From Candidatus Moanibacter sp. (lineage in GTDB: Bacteria > Verrucomicrobiota > Verrucomicrobiia > Opitutales > UBA2987), in assembly GCA_965215885.1 (NCBI GenBank), contig CBDCEW010000101.1:32001-96000 (forward strand): DNA of 64,000 nucleotides, in the 5' to 3' direction. The notes below the pieces were generated by a model. The model did no database searches, was not told the origin of the DNA, and saw only the letters and a list, made by a program, of their open reading frames with translations. The translations under genes were made by a program, and so were the position numbers. Positions 20,601-29,309 of this stretch are shown here, one piece after another (the first letter of the stretch is position 1; each line of letters opens with the position of its first letter).

Positions 20601-21059
20601 AGCTATTCCGCGTTCGGCAGAGCAACGCTAGCCGACGTCTACGGTGCGACCACATTAAACAAAGGCCTTCACTATGAGGCGAGGATGTTTGCCAGTTCCG
20701 CCATGGAGAATCTGGGAAACGGCCGCTTCGCGATCAAGCCCTTACCGGTGGAGGCGCAGTTCTCGACCGTTCAGGGCGTCGTCGTTCAGGATTTTGACGG
20801 CGACGGAAATCTCGATCTGCTGGTGGCGGGGAACTTTCACGTATCCGAGGTAGAGACGGGGAGAGCCGATGCCGGGATCGGCCTTCTCCTGACCGGCGAC
20901 GGCCGCGGGCACTTTCGTCCGGTTCATGTCTCTAATAGCGGATTCATGGCGGACCGGGATGTAAGGGACCTCGCGATGGTCCGCTCCGCCCATGGCCCGC
21001 CCTATATCCTGGTCGGGAATAACAACGATCGTATGCAGGTGTTTCGGGTGGGGCGGTAG
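17667..21059 (+). CDS. Large FG-GAP/VCBS-repeat protein with a central ASPIC/UnbV domain
   Basis: Many DxxxDGxxD repeats, YFYNGGGV and QYMRNTLQLN motifs, and a central FLRVRLKG...IGAKV...HFGL...VTWPDG. Confidence 0.9.
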   Translation: MKFPATFEPRNSRLANSAVALIALTGWHILPAGEPLGIGADQSSSGTPGADSRSPLFTLMKPTETGIAFTNKVYEDDDNHPFGYTYFYNGGGVSIGDINNDGLSDLFFTGNMVPNRLYLNKGGFVFEDITDRAEIGEAGGWSNGVTMVDINADGYLDIYICRSYYVKNPALRENLLYINNGDLTFREEAKAYGLNDPGFSVQAAFFDYDRDGDLDMYLGNHYNNIEGYDRKIVRQERIAPDFVGDRLMRNNGDGTFDDVTKESGIENIGCALGVGIGDMNDDGWPDIYAANDFLVSDVFFINNGDGTFTESIHAALKHSSFFGMGSALADFNNDGLLDIAVTDMLAADNYREKTMMSAMDVEGFRRLIESGFHHQYMRNTLQLNNGNGTFSEIGYLAGIARTDWSYSVLLADFDNDGWKDMFVANGYRRDARDVDATNVWTGVVKRQGMKFRRGQLRELLDLLPVNRLSNYLFRNNGDLTFSDRTAEFGLTQKSFSNGAAYGDLDNDGDLDLVITNLMDPAFVYRNDSESRKGGNFLRVRLKGSASNPAGIGAKVRIAHGGGIQHHELHVTRGFHSSVEHALHFGLDDAAQVDWLQVTWPDGRLQEIGSVGANQVITVNYADALEPPAGAGSFVAETLMKEVTVAVEVAFAHRENDYDDFIKEVLLPHKMSQFGPGVAVGDVNGDGRDDFYVGGAAGQAGRLYLQDSEARFRQAGRSPWIGDAGFEDLGALFFDADGDRDLDLYVVSGGNAFAPDSHLYQDRLYINDGAGRFEKSAERLPAVTASGSCVAAGDYDGDGDLDLFVGGRVHPGKYPFPARSYVLNNDGGVFADVTGDVAPDLREPGLVTSAVWSDYDSDGALDLIVVGEWMPVSVFQNSGSRLIERTADYGLEKTTGWWNVIETGDFDNDGDNDFVLGNLGLNYKYKATEAEPLHVYAHDFDESGTLDIVLGYYNQGICYPVRGRECSSQQIPLLKTRFPSYSAFGRATLADVYGATTLNKGLHYEARMFASSAMENLGNGRFAIKPLPVEAQFSTVQGVVVQDFDGDGNLDLLVAGNFHVSEVETGRADAGIGLLLTGDGRGHFRPVHVSNSGFMADRDVRDLAMVRSAHGPPYILVGNNNDRMQVFRVGR

Positions 21060-21434
21060 ATTCTGCAAACTGCGGATTGAGGAAAAGAGGGACACCCTCA
21101 ATCCGAACCCGGAAGACACTGAGGATGAAGTGGGTCACAGGAAGAACGGGAAGGTTGGGAAAGGGAGAAACGGAGACGCGGAGATGCGGGGATACGGATC
21201 CGTCTTCGCTCCGCTTCGCTGAGACAGTGGATGGGGAGAAGGCGCCCATTCGATCTTCCTGTCGTGGTTCATAATCCATTCGACCAGCTCATGGCAGGCT
21301 GTGATCTAAAGTCGCCGGGCGCCCTTCCCCGACGTAGTGGCCACCCACTCCAAAGCCCCTCCCAGGAGGGGATCGACGGAAGATCACGGTCTGCCATGAA
21401 CCCCTCGACGAGTTCGTGACGGGCTCTGCCGCCT

Positions 21435-21542
21435 TGTCATTGCGAGACCCGCCTTGCGGGTCGTGGCAATCCAGAGAAAGGTAGGTGGGGACTTTCCTAT
21501 TCATGGATCGCCGCGCCTCCCCTCGGTCGGCTCGCGATGACA
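21435..21542. repeat. TGTCATTGCGAG...CTCGCGATGACA palindromic repeat
   Basis: Homologous to 42925-43030, sharing GTGGCAATCCAGA and GGATCGCCGCGCCTCCC. Confidence 0.8.
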
Positions 21543-21640
21543 GTATGCTAGTGCGCCAGGAAAACGCTGAGGGTAAATCCAGGAAGCTCCGCTCCTCGAA
21601 ATCGGTTCCTGGGTCGTTGAAACTTACCGCAGTTGCAGGA

Positions 21641-21705
21641 CGAAATGCTTCCGCATTCCGCTACACGCACCGATTCCGAACGTAGCGGAATGCGGAAGCA
21701 TTTCG
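21641..21705. repeat. GTAG-REP doublet (GTAGCGGAATGCGGAAGCATTTCG)
   Basis: 24-bp perfect inverted pair. The same REP occurs at 44715-44738. Confidence 0.85.
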
Positions 21706-21876
21706 GCGATCGTGCGGCTTCAGCTACTTTGATTCGCTTGCCCGCCCGCATTTTTCATTTGCATGGTGATCGTAGAACCTTGCACTTTTAGGTAATTCCC
21801 TCAACTCCATAGACTGCGAGAGTCAATCCGGGCCAGGCGAATCGAATAGAACGCAACCCCTCTACCTCTAAAACTC

Positions 21877-24384
21877 ATGAGAATCCTTCCTGTACACTAC
21901 CGGTGCATTGCCGTGATCATCGGCGCTGTCTGGTTCATTACGCAGGAATCCGAAGCCCAGGTGCTTCCTCGTTTTACGGATGTCACGGAGGAAGTGGGGA
22001 TTAGCTACAACCAGGGTGGGGAGTTGATATTCCGGGCCAACGAGGGATCCTCGGGGGGTGCGGCGGCGGGGGATTACGACGGCGACGGCTGGGTCGACCT
22101 TTTTGTCACCCGGATCGACGATCCTCCCATCCTCTACAGGAACGAGGAGGGGGTGGGGTTTACGGACGTGACGGAGGCGGCGGGACTTGCGGCGGCCCAG
22201 CCCACCGGCTCCAACGGGGCGGCGTGGGGAGACATCGATAACGATGGTGATCTCGACCTCTACGTTACCGCGTTCAGGACCTCCCCGGAGATACTGGCCT
22301 ATCGCTATTTTCTCTACATCAATAATGGCGACGGCACCTTTACGGAAGAGGGCAACGAGCGGGGCGCTTCCCTCGAGAGCGGAAATCCTCACTACGGCCA
22401 GAGCGTCTCATTCGGAGATTACGACCGGGACGGTTTTCTGGATATCTACGTGACGGAGTGGGCCAGCCCCATACAGAATCCGGACAATTTGCCCTCGCAT
22501 AACCGGCTCCTGAGGAACCTTGGTATGGCGAATCCGGGGTATTTCGTCGACGTCACGGAAGAGGCCGGAGTTTCCGTGGACGAGGTTGTGGGCGATTTTA
22601 CCGTCAGAGAGGGCGACTTTGCCTTCACACCGCGCTTCTCCGATCTCGACGGCGATGGATGGCCGGACCTGGCGATTGCCGCGGACTTTGAGGAGAGCGT
22701 CCTCTTCTGGAATAACGGCGACGGGACCTTTACGAACGGAACGGAGGCAGCCGGAGTCGGGCTCGACCAGAACGGCATGGGGGCGACCACGGCCGATTTC
22801 AATGGCGACGGGCTGATGGACTGGTTTGTCACCGCGATTTGGGAGGAAGGTGAACCCGAGCACTCTGGGAATTTTCTATATATAAACAACGGCGATCGCA
22901 CGTTTGAGGACCGCACCGATTTCGCAGGAGTACGGAACGGGTTCTGGGGTTGGGGCACCACCGCCCTCGATTTCGACAATGACGGGGACCAGGACATCGT
23001 CGAAACAAACGGCTACTACGCGGAAGATGATGCGTTATTTCGACACTTTGCGCGAACTCCTCTCCGGCTCTGGCGAAACGCTGGTTTCGCTAGCTTTCTC
23101 GAACTCTCCTTAAGTGTGGGAATGGACGACGACCATTCGGGACGGGGGATCCTCACGTTTGACTACGATCGCGATGGGGATCTCGATGTCTTCGTGTCGC
23201 TCCACTCAGAACAACCGATTCTCTATCGGAACGATGGGGGCAATGCGAGGGCCTGGCTGCGGATCCAAACCGTCGGCACGCTTTCCAATCGCGACGGAGT
23301 CGGCGCCTTCATTAAAGTCGTCCCCGACGCCTCGTCGCCGTCCTTGTTTCAAGTGCATGAGGTCAGCGGCAGCAGCACTTACCTCAGCCAAAACGAGATG
23401 ATCGTCCACGTCGGCCTGGGCGATCACGAGGGCGCGGTCGATTTGATCGAGATTCGCTGGCCGAGCGGCGTCGTGCAGGAGATCGAAGGGGTTCCCGCGA
23501 ATACTGTTATGGAGGTGGTTGAACCGGCGGGTTCCAGCCTGCTGGTTTCCGGTTCAGCGAAGTTGGTCAATGACGGCACCATTTTTCAAGGGAATACCTA
23601 CAACGGCTTCGAAATGACCGGAGCCGATGCCACCGTGTCGTCGCTCGCCAACGAGATTACGCGGGTATCCTTTCTCGATCCTGACGGGGATCTCTGCTTT
23701 GCTGAGTTTGGCAGCAGCGACCCGGAAACACTGCTCACGATCAGGCTCGCAGATTTCCGCGCCCAGGTCCCTTCACCCTATAACCAGCCGGGAACGACCT
23801 ATGTGCAGGGACTCGCTTCCATTACGATCGAGAATGCCAATGAAGCGACCTATTTCTCGATCTTCTCGCTCGGTAACGACCAGAACCGGGTCGATGGATC
23901 ACTGATCGGGAGCACGACATTTTCGGGAACCGTCGACGGCGTCGCCGATATAAGATCGATTACCGTGGTCGACCCGGGGAACGGTACAACCCGCATGGGA
24001 GGGATCAACGCGGCCAACGCGAATTTTACGGGAACCTCGGGGGTGATCGGAATCGCGGCCGAGGGCGTCCGTTTCAGCGGGTGGCTCTACGTGTGCAACA
24101 TGACTCCATCAGGCACCGCGGAACCCTGGTTGCGGATCAGCCCGGAATCGACTATCGCCGAAATCCTCATCACGGGTGGGGATCTGGCGGCAGCGACAGG
24201 CGATCACCGTATCGACACAAACGGCGAAACCTATTCTTTCCCGATCCGTGCCACTGACGGGCAGCGATCGATCAGCAACAGCCCCCTGAGGTCGGATCTG
24301 GCCGACGGTGTCCTGCCTCCGGTGTTGAATACATTTGTCGCGGACAGCAGCGCCTACTTCCTGAGTTCCCAGCAGGTGCAGTAG
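21877..24384 (+). CDS. CRTAC1-like FG-GAP + ASPIC/UnbV protein with an additional C-terminal domain of about 280 aa
   Basis: Signal peptide, DYDGDG repeats, WLRIQTVG...TYLSQN...HVGLG...IRWPSG, then a non-FG-GAP beta-rich tail. Confidence 0.9.
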   Translation: MRILPVHYRCIAVIIGAVWFITQESEAQVLPRFTDVTEEVGISYNQGGELIFRANEGSSGGAAAGDYDGDGWVDLFVTRIDDPPILYRNEEGVGFTDVTEAAGLAAAQPTGSNGAAWGDIDNDGDLDLYVTAFRTSPEILAYRYFLYINNGDGTFTEEGNERGASLESGNPHYGQSVSFGDYDRDGFLDIYVTEWASPIQNPDNLPSHNRLLRNLGMANPGYFVDVTEEAGVSVDEVVGDFTVREGDFAFTPRFSDLDGDGWPDLAIAADFEESVLFWNNGDGTFTNGTEAAGVGLDQNGMGATTADFNGDGLMDWFVTAIWEEGEPEHSGNFLYINNGDRTFEDRTDFAGVRNGFWGWGTTALDFDNDGDQDIVETNGYYAEDDALFRHFARTPLRLWRNAGFASFLELSLSVGMDDDHSGRGILTFDYDRDGDLDVFVSLHSEQPILYRNDGGNARAWLRIQTVGTLSNRDGVGAFIKVVPDASSPSLFQVHEVSGSSTYLSQNEMIVHVGLGDHEGAVDLIEIRWPSGVVQEIEGVPANTVMEVVEPAGSSLLVSGSAKLVNDGTIFQGNTYNGFEMTGADATVSSLANEITRVSFLDPDGDLCFAEFGSSDPETLLTIRLADFRAQVPSPYNQPGTTYVQGLASITIENANEATYFSIFSLGNDQNRVDGSLIGSTTFSGTVDGVADIRSITVVDPGNGTTRMGGINAANANFTGTSGVIGIAAEGVRFSGWLYVCNMTPSGTAEPWLRISPESTIAEILITGGDLAAATGDHRIDTNGETYSFPIRATDGQRSISNSPLRSDLADGVLPPVLNTFVADSSAYFLSSQQVQ

Positions 24385-25065
24385 GGAGGGTCGTTCGGCG
24401 GTATAGTAGCGAGGCAGGCCATATTTTTGCGCAGTGTTTATGAGTTCGGCAGGCTTATTGGCTTTAAACGGGTTTTAGAGCGAGAATTTCAGTCCTTTTA
24501 CCAATCTCACAGGTACTGTTTAGCAAATTGGTCCGTCGCAACCATTGCTTGCTATTGCCGGTAAGAACTTGCTACAATCTAGCGCGAAGTTGGTGAGCGC
24601 CGATTTGGCTAAATTCGTGAAGAACAATTTCGAATTTGATCGATCTTTTGTTAGCAAGAGGAGGTTGTCTGATCCTGAACCCGTCACGACGGATTGGTTG
24701 GATGTCCCCCCGCGGGGCGACTAGAAGCACTTGAATTCCTACGGAGAAACCGCAACCAAATCGAAGAATAAAACTACGAATTCTGCCGAGCACCGAATTA
24801 TGATCGAAGACAAGATTGAACGATATCTCTGGCGTTCAGTTTAGCGAATGCTACAGCGAGAGAGTTGAGGAAAAGATCGGGAATCTCGTAATCCCTTTCA
24901 TCGACTCTGAGAACCTGATTAGGAATTAGAAGGCAAGCCGGCGTACCGGACGGCGAGTGCGCGACATGTGTGAGACGACGCTATCGAGGCTCCACACCCC
25001 GCTCCCGGCCCCTCCCGAGCCACTGAATCGCACGGAAGAGAGGGGCCGGGCGTGAGATATTCGGA

Positions 25066-25923
25066 CTAACCGGCAATCAACCGCCTCAGATACGCGCCTT
25101 GGTCGGCGATTTTCTGTTCGTCGTCACCTGGTCCGAACTCCTCGAGGGAGATGTATCCGCGATAGCCGACATCCTTCAAGTCCTGTATAATCTGCGGAAT
25201 GTTCGCTACGCCCTCCCGCAGGTCGCAGAACTCCCATTGCCACTGCATTTTTCCGGTTTCGTCGCGGTCGGTCCGCACGGGAGCGCCATTGCCGATGTGG
25301 CAGTGCGCGAGGTAGGGGCCCAGCAGTTCCAACCCCATTCGGGTGTCTTCGATCGCCACCCGGATCTGGTTGGGCACATCAAAAATCGCCCCGATGTGGT
25401 CGGGATCGAGATCCTTGAGCAGTTCGAGGGTGCGGGAACAGGACACCGCAACGGTGCCGACGTGGATCTCGTATACGATTTTTACGCCGAAGCCGCGTGC
25501 CATCTCGACGAGGTTCGCCAATCCGGTGCGGGCATTCAGGAACTGCGGCTGGTAAGGGCAGGTTCGGTCGTGCCCCGGCGCACCCACCCGGACCAAGGGG
25601 GGATTATCGGGATCGATAGCGACCGCGCCTTTGAGAATTTTCTCGATCGTCTCGGTTTTGTCGTAGGTGAAATTCGGCGCCAGCGCCGCGACGGTAACTC
25701 CGCTTCTATTGGAGGCTGCGCGGATTGCGGACGCTTTATCCAAAACGTTGTCGGGGCTGACATCGGTAAGGTGGCGTCCCCATGGGGATGGTTCGACGTT
25801 TGGATCCTCCGGGTTGTAGCGACAGCGCAGTTCGATACCTTCGTAGCCGTGTTCGGCCAGCTTGTCGAAAGTTTGATCCAAGTCCCACCTAGGGAGCATG
25901 ACGGAAGTGACGGAGAGTTTCAT
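25066..25923 (-). CDS. Sugar phosphate isomerase/epimerase (AP_endonuc_2)
   Basis: GYEGIELR, YEIH, IFDVPN, HCHIGN and GYRGYISLE motifs. Confidence 0.9.
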   Translation of the reverse strand: MKLSVTSVMLPRWDLDQTFDKLAEHGYEGIELRCRYNPEDPNVEPSPWGRHLTDVSPDNVLDKASAIRAASNRSGVTVAALAPNFTYDKTETIEKILKGAVAIDPDNPPLVRVGAPGHDRTCPYQPQFLNARTGLANLVEMARGFGVKIVYEIHVGTVAVSCSRTLELLKDLDPDHIGAIFDVPNQIRVAIEDTRMGLELLGPYLAHCHIGNGAPVRTDRDETGKMQWQWEFCDLREGVANIPQIIQDLKDVGYRGYISLEEFGPGDDEQKIADQGAYLRRLIAG

Positions 25924-26005
25924 TATAAGTGCGTAAGATTGAAAAAGATGGCCAGAACCGTGGGTAGGTATTTAGGATCCACCGAACAGCTTGCGGAGCA
26001 AAACT

Positions 26006-26095
26006 ATGAAAGGGGTCGTATATCTGGGCGAGAGCAAAGTTGAGGTTCGGGATTTTCCCGAGCCAAAACCCGGATCCGGGCAGGTGGTCTTCGGC
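26006..26095 (+). pseudogene. Zn-dependent alcohol dehydrogenase N-terminal stub
   Basis: MKGVVYLGESKVEVRDFPEPKPGSGQVV followed by unrelated sequence. Confidence 0.6.
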
Positions 26096-26184
26096 TTGGG
26101 GCCGGTTGGGTTGGCCGGCTTACTGCGGCGACCGGGGAGATCACGTTCCAGGGCCGCCACATCCGTCCCGAGGATTTCACACTG

Positions 26185-26643
26185 TTGATGTCGGGCCGCA
26201 ATCACGTGATCGATGACGGAGGTCCGCTCGCGTTCTTCGTCGCGGGAGAGCCCTACCGCCTATTCGGTCTAATCCCCTTCGAGACTCATTTTTTCGGAGT
26301 CGATCGGGAGGTGTGGAGGGACGCCCATCCCGATCAACCGGCCATGCCCTGGTATTTCCTCGGGGCGGATCGCTACGGGCACGACCTGTTCTCACGGATG
26401 ATTTACGGCGCGTGCGTCAGCCTCTTCATCGGCGGCGTCGCCATCGCCATAACCTTCATCCTCGGGGTGTTGATCGGCGGCGTTTCGGGATACCTCGGCG
26501 GCCGAACCGACATCGTTATTCGGCGCGGCATCGAGATCATTAACGGCTTTCCCCAATTGCCCCTGTGGCTCGCGCTGGCCGCCGCCATGCCGGGCGACTG
26601 GTCGCCGCTGGGTGTCTATTTGTTTGCGCAACAATCTGATTGA
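26185..26643 (+). pseudogene. Peptide ABC permease (OppC/DppC) internal fragment
   Basis: LGADRYGHDLFSRMIYGACVSL...GVSGYLGG...FPQLPLWLAL. Truncated at both ends. Confidence 0.8.
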
Positions 26644-26698
26644 CTGACCGCAAACTCCCTGCTTTCAATGGAAGCCGAAAATCTTTGAGATTTTCGGC

Positions 26699-28498
26699 TC
26701 AGGGGTTTGGATCTGATGGCCCGAGGCGCGCCTTGATTACAGCCAAAAGCTCCTCGGTCCCTTTTTGCTTTTCGGCGAGTCGTTGGGCATGGCGCCAGCG
26801 ATCCCTGGCTTCGGTGAGTTTCCCTGCGGACCAGTAGACATCGCCGAGAACGACCCACGTTTTCACATCACCCGAGTGCATGTTCAGATAGGTTTTGAGA
26901 TTCGCCTCGGCGGCATCCCATTCCTGCAAATTGGCATGTATGAGTGCGATGCTGCGAATAAGATCGAACCGGGTGGGATCGAGACGCACGGCTTCGCTAA
27001 GTGTAGCGACCGCGTCGGGCAGCTGCCCTGCCGCGGCCTTGCGATTGCCGTTCGCGGTCAGGATATCGACCGTAAGCTTTCTCAACTCCGGATCTTCGGG
27101 TTCCAGTTCCTGCGCCTCGCGGATGGGCGCCTCCGCCTTATCGAATGCTACGTGTTTGACGTAGTGGCGGGCCAGGGTGACGCGAGAGTAGACATCAAGG
27201 GGCGACCGTTGCCGAAGCTTCTGAAAAAGATCCATGGCCTCGGTCTCACGACCCTGTTTCAAGAGAAGATTGGCGAAGGATTTGATCGTCTTTAATTCGT
27301 TGGGTTCCTTGCCCAGTGCGATTCGCAAGTGATGCTCCGCCTGGGCAAGATCGTCCTGCTGCAAGAGAAACTCGCCCAGTATAGAATGAAACTTTGCCGA
27401 CTCGGAAAACTGTGTGAGACCCCGACGTGCTGTCTGGATTGCTTTGGCGGTTTCGCCTTGCGCGATGTAAACCCTTGCCAGTCCTATATAGGCATCTGTC
27501 GAATGCCCGGAAAGCTTTATGGCCGATTCAAATGCTTCGATGGCGGCTTCCGAATCTTCCAATTCAGAGAGTCTAAGACCGCGGAGAGTGTGGACTTCGG
27601 GCGAATCCGGTGCCACCGCTTCGGCCTTGTCCAGATAGAGCATTGCTTGTTTTGTTCTGCCTGCGTGTGCCTGCGTATCTGCGAGGACCGTCAGACGGTA
27701 GGCGTCGTAGCAACGACGCATCACTTCATCCATCCAGGGATCCGGAGGTTCGTGAAAGCGGCCATATTTTGATCCCAGGGCCCTCGATACCTTCGCCTTG
27801 CGTGTATCGCCCGTGCGATCATAGAGTTGTGCCATCAGCATGTGCCCGGGACCGAATTCGGGGGAGCTCTCGACAAGGCGGGAAAGAAGAAGCAGGGCAT
27901 CGGTTGTCTGTCCACGGCGCATCCGATCCCGAACCATCCCGAGTAACGCATATGGATTGTTTCGATCGAGCCGAAGGCATGTGCGGTAGGTATCGAGCGC
28001 CGACTCCGGCTGGTTCGACTTGAGCTGGGCATCTCCCAGTTTGAGGAGCACGTGAAGCGCGTTCGGCTCAAGCGAAAGCGTCTTTTCGAGAAGCTCCACT
28101 CCAGATGCGAGATCGCCCTGATCGAAGTGAATAAGTGCCCGGAGATAGGGCCATCTCGGCTCGCCGGATTCGCGATCCTCGAGCAACCGGTAGCACGATG
28201 CAGCTTCCTCCAGAAATCCGTTCGCGTGATAAAGGCTCGCCAGTTCGTCCAACCCTTCGACATCTCCATCTCGCCAGGCCACGGCCTCCCACGCCGCGTA
28301 TAAAGCCTCTGTAAATACCTGTGGCCAGTCGGCGGTATCGGGTAAAGGCGGCAGCTGCCCGCGAATCGCGGCGCTCTCCCATTTCCGGTCCCGGTAGCCT
28401 GGAACGACCCAAAGACTCACCGATATCGCGACGATCAGAAGCGAACCCACTGCCCAGAAAAGGTGTTTTCGTCGAATCCGGGGGGCATTGGCTATCAT
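26699..28498 (-). CDS. Membrane-anchored TPR-repeat protein (paralog 2)
   Basis: N-terminal TM, LPPLPDTADWP, LYHANGF, PPDPWMDEVMRRCYD and TPRs. Confidence 0.9.
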   Translation of the reverse strand: MIANAPRIRRKHLFWAVGSLLIVAISVSLWVVPGYRDRKWESAAIRGQLPPLPDTADWPQVFTEALYAAWEAVAWRDGDVEGLDELASLYHANGFLEEAASCYRLLEDRESGEPRWPYLRALIHFDQGDLASGVELLEKTLSLEPNALHVLLKLGDAQLKSNQPESALDTYRTCLRLDRNNPYALLGMVRDRMRRGQTTDALLLLSRLVESSPEFGPGHMLMAQLYDRTGDTRKAKVSRALGSKYGRFHEPPDPWMDEVMRRCYDAYRLTVLADTQAHAGRTKQAMLYLDKAEAVAPDSPEVHTLRGLRLSELEDSEAAIEAFESAIKLSGHSTDAYIGLARVYIAQGETAKAIQTARRGLTQFSESAKFHSILGEFLLQQDDLAQAEHHLRIALGKEPNELKTIKSFANLLLKQGRETEAMDLFQKLRQRSPLDVYSRVTLARHYVKHVAFDKAEAPIREAQELEPEDPELRKLTVDILTANGNRKAAAGQLPDAVATLSEAVRLDPTRFDLIRSIALIHANLQEWDAAEANLKTYLNMHSGDVKTWVVLGDVYWSAGKLTEARDRWRHAQRLAEKQKGTEELLAVIKARLGPSDPNP

Positions 28499-28584
28499 TC
28501 GATCAATTCCTGCATTCCTTATTCACTCTCCCCTTGGGCAGAATCTGTTGTTCAGTCCCGCTCAGCGCGATGGTAAGTGATTTC

Positions 28585-29073
28585 TTATCCCTGCGCCCCG
28601 TAAATGATCCGACTGAACAGATCGCGACCCAGTGAATCGGCGCCCAAAAGGAAAATCGTAGCGCCTGGATCGACTCCGAATAGATGCAGATCGGTTTCGA
28701 AAGTGCCCCAGAACCGGTAGGTTTCGCCTCGAGCAAATAACCTCAATGGATAGGTGCGGCTGCGATCCTCCACGTAAAGTCGCTGCAGGGTCTCCGGATG
28801 CCGCGCGCCTTTCAGGGCGTAGACGAAAGGCCACAGGTGCAAACCATCGTCGCTGATCATGTGAAGACGCTGGGGCGGGTCGCTCTCGGGAGAATCGGAG
28901 AGGGGGCGAGGGGGAGACGCGGAGACTACGGTCGCTTCCTGCTCTTCCAGGGTCGCGATATAGGCGGTGAGATAGTCCCCCGGCGGGAGCTGGATGATGG
29001 CGAAAGACATCAATGAGATCAGCAGCAGGGTGGGGATCATCCAGAAGATGCGTTTGAAGATCAGGGTAGGCAT
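28585..29073 (-). pseudogene. OppB N-terminus fused by deletion to an OppC segment
   Basis: KRIFWMIPTLLLIS...IIQLPPGDY (OppB) is joined to ...LLGADSLGRDLFSRIIYG (OppC). Confidence 0.75.
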
Positions 29074-29185
29074 TTTCCGTTTCTGACGACGTCGCTTAGA
29101 GCATGGGAAGCATGGGTAGCGAAATCTCTTCTGTCAATTGTAGCAGGTGAAGGAGAAAGGAGATTGAAGAAGAGAAAGGCAATCT

Positions 29186-29232
29186 CTTCGCACTATGTTC
29201 GTATTTCGGCGAAATACGAACATAGTGCGAAG
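29186..29232. repeat. Perfect palindrome with 23-bp arms and a 1-nt centre
   Basis: CTTCGCACTATGTTCGTATTTCG-G-CGAAATACGAACATAGTGCGAAG. Confidence 0.9.
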
Positions 29233-29309
29233 GCAGTTACCCGATCGGCAGAGCTTACGGCTTTAGGGTTTGGGCAACACACCCTTTAGTCCGCGATCAA
29301 AACGGAAAC

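Noticed and set aside
14118..24384. Enediyne biosynthetic cluster (UnbV domain)
   Set aside because: No PKS, thioesterase or other enediyne core genes are in the window.
24420..24900. Gene in the AT-richer gap after the CRTAC1-like gene
   Set aside because: Only short interrupted frames with no recognisable motif.
25099..26043. 314-aa + strand ORF
   Set aside because: Antisense shadow of the isomerase gene.
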